A DNA stretch of 58,773 bases, the filler included, from Catajapyx aquilonaris (Eukaryota): the NCBI GenBank assembly GCA_000934665.2. It is 4 parts of 4 records of this genome, joined end to end, with 100 filler letters (N's around TTAATTAATTAA, not from the genome) between each part and the next. Parts side by side here need not be neighbours in the genome. Positions count along the whole stretch, not along the records: positions 44,230 to 58,773 come from JYFJ02007748.1; 3 more parts are not named here. One strand, written 5' to 3'. The translations under genes and the position numbers were made by a program. The notes below the pieces were generated by a model. That model did not search any database. It was not told where the DNA came from and worked only from the letters and a program-made list of their open reading frames with translations. Shown piece by piece: positions 49,623-58,773 of this stretch (positions are counted from its first letter, which is position 1; each line of letters starts with the position of its first letter).

Positions 49623-52304
49623 TACTACAAGGCAGTATCAGAGATACTGTTACCTGTCCAGAGTGGCCAAAATGCTTAGAAATTATTAAAACAAGGAGCA
49701 AACTGCCATGGTAAATCTGAATTGTCTTTAAAATGTCAGCTCACATCCGTATTGATAGATTTTGCAAACTTTTCTGTGCCCGAGTATGTATTGTCAACGA
49801 TAGGAGTAGACTTTTCTGAGTTTTTCTCTTAAAGTGGTAATCCCTAGATATTATAGCTTGCTCCATTGTCATTCTGCAAGCAACTAACCTTTCCTGACGC
49901 CGTTGGGGCGTGCATGACATTTTGGAGCTTTCACTTAGAAGTTTCTTCTACCGTATAAATTCGCTCAGATTAAAAGACAAAAAAACCCTTCCCATCCAAG
50001 ATGAGTCAGGAGCCCTAGACTTGTAGTATAATCGGTCTAATTGGAGCCCACAGGGGCACAGGCACTCGATGCAACAAAAGGGCGGTGCACTCAGAGAACT
50101 AGTCTTGATCTGATAAGACGGGTACAGCACATCTTCTCTTGAAGGGCGACCTTAAGGACCGTATCCGAGCGGCGTAATTTGGTGATAAGGACGGGACATT
50201 AGTTCTTTCCTTCCACGCTCTGATTTTCGCCCATATCCTGGTCATTTCCGCTCCTCTCGCTGCTTCCTTCCTCCAGAGTTGGTAATCAGATTTGCAGGGG
50301 GTTCTCACTACGTCCTATAGGCCTACCTTATACTGTAGCACACCCGCCTTGATTCTCTAGACCTCCTCCCGAGGCAAGCACGGCCAAGACTGGACGTTTT
50401 ATTCTACAAATTGGGAAAGCCAGCAAAGTTCTACGATAGTTGTTTTTTTGTCTGGAGAAAAAGACTCTCATCAGACTAATACACTTGTAGAACAGCTATA
50501 TCCTTTGCGTTTTCGTGACATGTTTTTGGCTGGAAGGCATGCAGGGATGATGCTGGAAGAAGCCGGATTCTAGGGTTTATTCGGTCAATTCGGAGGGAAT
50601 ATTAATAGGCTTTTGTATGAAGGTCGGGTCTTGTGCAGTCATTCTGGCGGATAACTAACCAGATTGGAACGAGTTCAGCGTGTCTGGAAGCACAGTTCGA
50701 GCATCCTTTGTGAATATTATAACGTGGCTGGACCGTATCGTGGAAGCGACGTGTGAAGGTCAGGAGGTGATATAATGTCTATTGAGCTTGTGTGCTACCA
50801 CTGGAATCGGGGAGTAGTTGTTCAGAGAATTGATGACGTATTGTGCCTAAAAGTGATTATTTCATAACGCAATTTTGTTCCTATATAACATGCGAGTATA
50901 TTTTTCTCCTAATGTCATGATTAAAATTTCTATTTTACCTATTCTGATAAAGCTGAAAATATCCGAGCTGTGATTTTCAGCCAGCTCATTGTATACTCGT
51001 TATGCTCATCAGTAGCTCACGTTCGCCGGAAACAAGATACAGTAACTGAAACCGAAACAGCTGCCAATTATATATGCCCATTTGATTATGACACCAAATG
51101 GATCAATTTATGGGGGGACGGCTGTAGGTTGATGATTCCACCCGGCTGATACTAAACTGTATTATACCGTTTAAAAAAAAGTAGGACGATACATTCCACT
51201 AGTACTATTCCTGGAAAAAAGGTGTTTTTAAAAACATGGAGGATCAAATTCATATCGCCATAACGATGAAATCGAGGCCTGACTAATTTGTAATCAAGCA
51301 GAGCTGATTTTATAAGACAGATGTGCGTCATGACTATTTATGTTTGATATATTGCTGAAAATATTTAGCCAAATGTAATGTGATAGGTCAGGCCGGTCAT
51401 TATCACCGGCTGCATATGTATACACTATACAGTACAAATGAGGTGCGTGACTTGGCTGGATCACGTTAATATACTTGGGACTTTTTCGCGCCATATTGTT
51501 GGTAATTATTCAACGTCAAGTAGCCAGCCTTTCATTAGGGAAGACGGATAGGCTTGTCTGATTGGTGCTAGAATTTGTTACGTAATTTCTATTAGTATTT
51601 CATCATCTACGTACATCCTGCTCTATCCACTTTTTTTTTTTTTGAAGTTAACTTCTGGGATGAAATGAATAGTTTGTCTTGTTCTTCATTTCAGTGATTC
51701 AGTCCAACTCCGCCAATACGAAACCCAATGAATCGAGCACAAACTAATTCCAAAAAAAAGCTGAAAAGTTCAGGATCTGCAAGCTGAGAAAATGGGCGAA
51801 AATGGACCTAGGTTTCAATGCTTTAAATCTAGAGGGCCTATCTCTTTCCCCATCTTCCGCTTAAATCCGCGTAGAATTCGAACCTGCACAATCTTACTCA
51901 CGCATCGAAAAGTTTAGCGGATGAATCTCGCATTCTAGTCTAACTCAATAGCTATCCGTACTCCTGCGCTATTGTAATGTAATTTCATGACTACGATTGG
52001 CTCACTCATTCACTCGAATCTGATGGGACACAATGTCTGAAGATTTATTTGCGCAGTATTCTCTCAGACCGAATGTCCATGTACGCTGTTAGCCCAGCGA
52101 TTCGCAGTACTGATTGTATGTATCGGGTCTGTCAATTCAGGCCTGGAGAGGAGGAAATATTAAATGTCAATCTGAGTCACATTATGATGGTTGATATTGT
52201 TACTAGAAACGTTCTGCTTTTCAGTTATTTTACAATAGCTGCGGCACCCGGCGTTGCCCGGGAAGAAATGAATGAAGGGAAAACACCTGCCAGTACCCCC
52301 GTCA

Positions 52305-52542
52305 ACTGTCTGTCTTTCTGTGTGTCCGCCCACCAATGCCATCTGTGGTCCTGCTACTCCAACACCTTCAACCTCTCCCGCCTATATAACGGCAACCATC
52401 ATTTGCCTGCCATCTGAGTCAACCCCCAACACCTCCATCCTCTCCCGGCCTGGGGGTGGAGCACAGATGGCAGGCAAATGACGGTTGGTAGGCGGACAGA
52501 CAGACAGAGACAGACAGACAGACAGAGAGACAGACAGACAGA
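52305..52542. repeat. Inverted-repeat structure ending in a (GACA)n microsatellite
   Basis: TCATTTGCCTGCCATCTG / CAGATGGCAGGCAAATGA inner stem; TGTCCGCCCACCAA / TTGGTAGGCGGACA outer stem; GACA repeats ~52493-52542. Confidence 0.65.
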
Positions 52543-53719
52543 CTCACAAACGGCTTCATTTATATAGATATCAGCTATAATGGACAAACTGGACTATCTT
52601 TTTAGCTACCGCGCTAACATGCATATTATTTGCTCATAGTGACCTAATTTTGTGCAATCATATTAAACGGTAACATGGCTGAAATTGTGCGGATGAATTC
52701 TGTGGGGGCGATAACTGCATATAAGCGTCGGTTGCACCAGTGTTCGTAAGTGATTTACTCTCCGTAAATGGCCTCCAAAAACGCATGAAAGTGGTTGGTT
52801 ATCAGTCGATATATTCCAAAATCACCGCTTTTATTGTTTCATTTGTATACTAAAGTAGGTGTTTGAGTCGTCACGAATTTACTATCGTCTGTAAACCTAA
52901 TTAATGACAGTATGAGCAAGCTTGAAAGTTTCCTCGAGATTTCACCTCTACCTTAGTATATATGTAAAAAAATATCACTTTCCTCGTCTTTTTGTAACAA
53001 AATTTTAATGAAAGAGTAAATTACCTAGTTGAATGCTGCCCCGTTCTGACCTGAAGATTCTTGATTAAAATTTTGGCAATCGTGGAAAGGCTGACTTGGT
53101 ATGTACGTCATGTGCCAGATGCTAATGACATCAATGGTTGTGGATATAGGGGGAGCCAGCTGCAGATCATTGCCACCCGCATTTCCCACAAAGTGGCCCA
53201 CAGTCAAGTCCGTTTCTTTCACAATATTTTCTTTTTTTGTGGAGCCTGATCGGAATATATTAAGTTAGTTAATTATGGGTTACTAACTGCACTGTTTTTG
53301 CTGGGAATAGATGGGAAAAATTAACTCGGGAGCCTGGTTTGGAAATATTTAATGAATTAAGGCAATTTGCAATTTGGAGGGAATTCAATGGATAGCTTGG
53401 TTGTATTGCACATACAATGTAGGTATACAGCACTAGTAATGTATAGTAGTAGACCTCTCTATTGTCATTTCCTCGCCCTCACTAGTCAGGCGAATTCTAG
53501 ATCACTCCAATTAGCCTATGCATCAAAACGTGAAAGCTCAGATGTGGTTTGCTGCATGTTTTCAAAACATGTCAACGAGGTACTGCTTTCACCCCTGTGT
53601 GGGGTATCGCGCACGAACCATTATTACACTATATTACATCTTGGTACCTGTTGCTTAATGCATGTTCCCACGAGCGAGGGAGAGTAGATGCAAGTGAAAG
53701 TGCAATGTCGGATCATATG

Positions 53720-53886
53720 AGTACTTTTCCCCAGGCGGTTAGTCCACCGGAAATCCTACCCGAGATGAAACCGGAGAGACCCAAACTCCGCACTAGTTAG
53801 ATACGAAAGGGAAACCAGGGTTGGAATCGAACCCGAAACCTTTCCATCCATGGGCGCATGTGTTACCACTGAGCCACTCCGCTTCC
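53720..53886 (-). mobile_element. tRNA-derived SINE, third type (decayed)
   Basis: Minus strand GGAAGCGGAGTGGCTCAGTGGTAAC (A box) ... GGGTTCGATTCC (B box); no closing acceptor stem; 3' boundary approximate. Confidence 0.6.
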
Positions 53887-55987
53887 ATCTCACATATGTG
53901 ATGAAAATTAATATGCATATTTTATTTCAAGAAAATAAGCGCGCACTTTTAAGACACCCTGTATATCCTGGTGTGGGCTCAACCAGCTGTAACATACTGT
54001 GATCGACAGTATACGAGAGTGGTATAAGGTCGCTTAGGTTGTTCCACTGAACGTGATCCATACAACATTGCAGTTCGCATAGAGTGCCTATTATACACAC
54101 GCTGTGGTTTTGTTATTGGGTTAATGTTATCGTATTCCCAGCAACGCTTCCCGAAGTCAACCATTCACACTTTTAATACTCGTAATGTTACAGGGATAAA
54201 TTATTATTTCGTGATAGGTATGGATCCCTTGAGCATTTCAGTGCTATTCAGCTAACTGGAAAATGACTGTTTAATTGCGGATAATCGTTTTTGAAAAACG
54301 CACCACTATTTGCCAGTGCAAACCGCCAAGTGACAAGGATAAATTGGAACACCATAGTAACTATGACTATTATGTCGGGAGAATCTCAACAATACGTCAG
54401 GGCTCAAAGCATAATCAAATCCATCACTGAAAATATTAACTCATTATAACGTCACATCAACAAGAGAGAAACTATGCATTACGTAGATTTAAACCAGAAT
54501 CGGTGTAATAAAATGGCCGCTGTGCTATATATCAGCGGATATTACAAATGGCTCGGTCTATATACTGCAGCATTGCCGTATAATACGATAGTTATGTTAG
54601 CCTCACAATATCGTCGTTTTATATTCGACTGATATGGCAAGTCATAAGAAGTTAGAGCATAGTTCACCTACAACCAGAACTTTATCACTGTATTGTTTGC
54701 ATAAAAAATTACATCCGCATAATTATAATCTTGCTTACTTGAGAGGAGCTATTATAGACAAAGAACAAAGGACTGCTAAAGAGAGGTTTGCATAACCTTG
54801 ACACGGGTTAAAAATAACAGTTCAAAATGTTATAGCAGTAGCTGCTTCTTACACTCCTTATACCACCTGACAGATTACTTCGTTTGCTTCCTTGGTGGTG
54901 GAGGCAAACATAACTCTTGAATGGCTGCCCCTTAGCGAATATCAGGATCTTATTAGACCCATCAATCAGGCACTGTGCAAGTTTTATGTTAATCGCCCTG
55001 CAAGTGGCAGTTGGATTGCTGCTATTAGTCCCACCTACGTGTAAGGCAAGGGCCTCTCTCTATAATATGGGAAACTGGGTAGAAAGGGTAGGAGCTGGGT
55101 GGTGTGGGGAGTGAAAGATGGCGGACAGCGAATAGTCGATAAGGTGCTACCCGTAGCTTCCAAAGTCCAGCAATAAGACTGCACGACCACTCTCGACCCA
55201 CAGGTCCAAATCCGATTTTTGATAAGAAATGCTCTATTACGATATGTTTGTTAATTAAATTTTGTACAATATTATTAGAAACTATTAATAGTCTACATAG
55301 AGAACTGGACACAAATGCTCACTCATAATGGAAATAAGTAGGCTTAATTTCAGCACATGGCCAGCTAACCTAGGGGTAATTATGCACAGTAGTACGTAGC
55401 TTACTACTGTAATAGTATACAGTGGGTGTAAAGTTTAGTGCTGACAATGCTGACAAATTAAGGAAATAAAACTTCTAAAGTAACTTTTTAGACGGCCTTA
55501 CCCAATTTTCCTGCTGCTGCTGGGTGGGCTGCTGTAGGGACAGGGTGAGAGGGGGGAAAAAAAGTTTCATTAATCTCGTGGATTTCTTCACTGCACCCAG
55601 TTGTTGCCCAGTTTGGATCAATTTTTTCCAGTCCTTCGCCAGAGACTCACCCACTTGGACGATTGCGCAGGGGCTATCAAGACAGTAAATGGACTGTAAT
55701 TATATGGCGATGGGAATAGTTAAGTGATCACTGTCATTTCCACACATTCTGGTTCCTTTGTTGTGCCACCAACTGGTTATTTATTGTCCAGCGTCTCTCG
55801 GCCGTGTACAGCTAAAACAAAAAAATTGAAGTAATATCCACAAAATATAGGCACATTAGGTATGAATTTTTATATTTAGGCATTTAATTACTTTTTTATT
55901 TTAATTCCTTCTTAGTATGAAATCTAATATTTGGTACCAAGGAGGCCAAGAAATCTTAAGCTTCTTCAGTAATATTGGTACTGTATA

Positions 55988-56184
55988 CAGCGTGGACCAA
56001 CTTCAAGTGTCGTTTTATAACGGCGATTAATAGCACTCATTTTGCGATGACGTAGCAGCGACGTGTAAAATGTCCCACTTCGGCGCCATCGAAGTGGGCC
56101 ATTTTACACGTCGCTGCTACGTCAATAGTAAAGCGCTTCTATTAATAGCCGTTATAAAACGACACTTGAAGTTGGTCCACCCTG
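55988..56184. mobile_element. Tc1/mariner-type palindromic MITE
   Basis: TA-CAG(C/G)GTGGACCAACTTCAAGTGTCG...CGACACTTGAAGTTGGTCCACCCTG-TA; arms pair to the centre. Confidence 0.85.
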
Positions 56185-56976
56185 TATGACTGTTGGGTGT
56201 AACAAGCCAGGTAGAAAGGCAGTTGCTTTCACCAATGCACCTGGAAATTGTCAGAACCAGACAACCAGTGCACCGGATATGCAGCGGTTGCAACGTTGGT
56301 GGGGTCGAGGGTACCACCCGGAGTTTGATGACGCGAGGTTTCAAAACACAGATTGGCCTGGGTCAATTCAATGGGGAATCGGTATCTGCGCGTAAATTCG
56401 TTGCATTTAAAGAGCCGGTTTTAGCTGGAAATCTTTCACAACTAACATTAAACCGTTTTTTTTTAAATGACGCAATCAGGAGAGTAAGATCTTGCTGGCT
56501 TACACTATTAAACAATACACGCAACAATGCTTCTGTATAGGGTAACCTCAGCATGTGTATGGTCATTAATTTAGAAAAACACTGCTATTTGTAGATACGG
56601 GAAACTTCATTTTGGCCGACATCTCCATCCTCGTCAGTGGATTATTAATGCCATTATCCTGCGCCACATACCAGCATGCATTAGTGTCAATGAGTTGGGA
56701 GTAATACGGAGAGCGTCCACAAAGGCTCCACAATATTTAGCCTGCTAAGCTTCTCAGGGGGATGTAGGATACATCATGGTTGAAAACACGCCGCATTATT
56801 GTCGCGGAAATAATGCAATTTTCAGTATAAGTTGGGAAGGAAGTGTTACAAAAGGAGCACTTATAGAGGGTAATTTGATGACATCATCCACACTGCTGCT
56901 GAATGAAAGTGCGCGGTAAGGGGAAGGGAGAGAGTTGGCGTGACGGACAGTGACACGGCCGAGGAGTTTATGTATA

Positions 56977-57260
56977 CAGGGTGTTAATCCTAAGCGTGTC
57001 ACCAGAAAAGGTGGCGGTAGAGGGCGCAGGTGTGAGCATTTTTTCATAAGGAACTAGAGGTCGGAAACGCACCCTCACCGAGTTACGCCCCTTTTAAGTT
57101 TGTGGCAGGCAGTGTGCAATGTGTGCAAGAGGCGTGCGGCACGCAGCGGAGTGACTCGGTGAGGGTGCGTTTCCGACCCCTAGTTCCTTATGCAAAAATG
57201 CTCACACCTGCGCCCTCTATGACCACCTTTTCTGGTGACACGCTTAGGATTAACACCCTG
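56977..57260. mobile_element. Tc1/mariner-type MITE
   Basis: TA-CAGGGTGTTAATCCTAAGCGTGTCACCAGAAAAGGTGG...CCACCTTTTCTGGTGACACGCTTAGGATTAACACCCTG-TA; ~105-bp TIRs. Confidence 0.88.
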
Positions 57261-57380
57261 TATAATTATATAAGGGTCTGGATGTACATTTTGCATTAGC
57301 CCAGATCTGCCTGAATTATTTTTTTTGTTTAATTGTTAAAAAATTGTAGCATATGAACATAATGACTAAAATATAACAAC

Positions 57381-57661
57381 AGTGTTGGACATTAATCACG
57401 TCGTACTGATAGCGACATTTTCTGATGCGGCAGACATGTAAATCGAAGTAATAGAGTGCGAGCCATGCGAGAAAGAAATGGTAGACCTTGGGTGGCTTCA
57501 CCAGCTGGGGACAAGCCTGATCTCCATTGCCTCCCAGCCGGAGACGTCACCCAAGGCCTACCTTTTCTGATTCGCACGGCTCGCACTCTATCACTTCGAT
57601 TTGCAAGTCTTCCGCATTGGGACATGTCGCTAGCAGTACGACGCGATTAATGTCCAACACT
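57381..57661. mobile_element. Tc1/mariner-type palindromic MITE (more diverged)
   Basis: AGTGTTGGACATTAATC / GATTAATGTCCAACACT ends; ~130-bp imperfect arms. Confidence 0.78.
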
Positions 57662-58356
57662 ATACAAGTGTCATATAGGTCGGTAGGACTATTTATACAA
57701 TCAGATTTCCAACAATCCCAATTGAATTTGATACAGGCCACACACAAAAGAGAACGTACTTTCACTTAAAGCCACCTTGACGTCACACTCGAGGATTATA
57801 ATGCAGATCCATTCTTGAATATTATTGTCGATGTTCAATAATTGATTCGCGCTGTGGTGCCACTTAACGTGGTACCCCAGGGCCATATTTAAATCACAAT
57901 TTATGGCCGATCGGTAACGGCTCTTATCTGACAATGAGTGTGCGGAGACACGTTTCATGTATTAGTTAGACGGAAATGAGTATTTTGGAACGGAACATCC
58001 AGCCTTTGACCTCGTATATAGCAGGCCTACTATTACTTGATTTTTACGGTCATTGGCCTTTGCCACTTACGCGCATCGGGACTGGCTCATCGGGAGCAGC
58101 CCGAATTTGCTCTTCGTTCATGCCCCAGTTCATCTACAATTTACGCAGACAAAATCATGAAAGGTCAATTTTGTGAGGAGAAATCTCGCAGCCAAAAACC
58201 TCTCAGGGTTAGAAAATATTGCCGAGAAGGGAAACAATTATCCTATAACTTATGTATGGTTTGGTTTTTGTGGAAGTTGTGTAAAATAATATCTGCCCTT
58301 TTGAACCAAATGACGCCACAGGCTATGGTGGGTAAGGGAATGAAATTAAGGCCGGC

Positions 58357-58773
58357 ACCGAAGCAGTAGTGGTGTAGTGGATATGGTGTCCGACTGCTAA
58401 TCGGGAGGTCCTGGATTCGAATCCCGGAGGCCGGCGATCCTGACCTTGGTTTTCTGTGGTTTCCCAAGGTCGCCCCAGGAATAATTTCCGGGATCGTACC
58501 GTAAAATAGGCCACAGCCGCTTCCTTCCTTTCCCTTCCCTGGAGGAGGTGCGGGTCAGTGGGGGGTTTCTGACTCGCATCTAGGGGGTTTCTGACTCGCA
58601 TCTAGGGGGTTATCTTGGCGAACGGGCCCCCTGAGGGACTGCACACGACCCCCAACCTGAGACATTGCACATGCACCAGTGTCTCCCCCCCTCCTATCCC
58701 TACCCTGTCCCTGCACGATAGTGGTAATCCACTCCCCTAAGAGAGCCCATGGCTCTAGCACGGGGTATATATA
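58357..58773 (+). mobile_element. tRNA-derived SINE, family A (long form), runs to window end
   Basis: A box TGGTGTAGTGG, B box GATTCGAATCC, same body and tail as the 38080 copy; internal 22-bp tandem duplication at 58561-58604. Confidence 0.9.

Noticed and set aside
49265..49714. 149-aa ORF
   Set aside because: Lies in a palindromic MITE; no protein motifs.
58362..58435. Possible tRNA-Ser(GCT) genes (also at ~35045, ~36740-36805 minus, ~38085)
   Set aside because: Anticodon arm TCCGA-CTGCTAA-TCGGG is present, but there is no acceptor stem or long variable arm, and each copy continues into a shared body and tail; these are SINE heads.
58600..58635. HDV-like ribozyme suggested by GGCGAACGGGCC in SINE-A
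   Set aside because: Could not identify matching P1, P2 and P3 partner strands by eye.

Overview
Eukaryotic genomic DNA, most likely from an arthropod, from a draft scaffold with four N gaps (three are 100-bp spacers containing an artificial TTAATTAATTAA). Almost all ORFs in the six-frame track are spurious; the real coding content is two spliced + strand genes. (1) A 21-exon, 12-TM membrane adenylyl cyclase (21289-28502, about 1,120 aa recoverable). It keeps the canonical catalytic residues but has an atypical GIDCEPV motif, a C-terminal STYL (PDZ-type) tail, and about 20 codons apparently lost at a single-N junction. (2) A thiamine pyrophosphokinase (TPK1; exons 33384-33516, 39050-39297, 43468-43726; last exon not found) in which the conserved DGG Asp reads as Asn. 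The rest is non-coding and, beyond about 30 kb, dense in non-autonomous mobile elements: at least three tRNA-derived SINE types (one with a V-domain-like core; two sharing a 3' stem-loop with compensatory changes), an RTE-like mini-insertion, hAT, Sola-like, Harbinger-like, Tc1/mariner, Tc2/pogo and Kolobok-like MITEs with readable target-site duplications, a three-level nested insertion, and a foldback-type repeat just upstream of TPK1. I found no convincing new multi-gene system; the best leads are the TPK1 D-to-N change, the divergent cyclase and the SINE architecture. Family assignments come from recalled motifs, not database searches.
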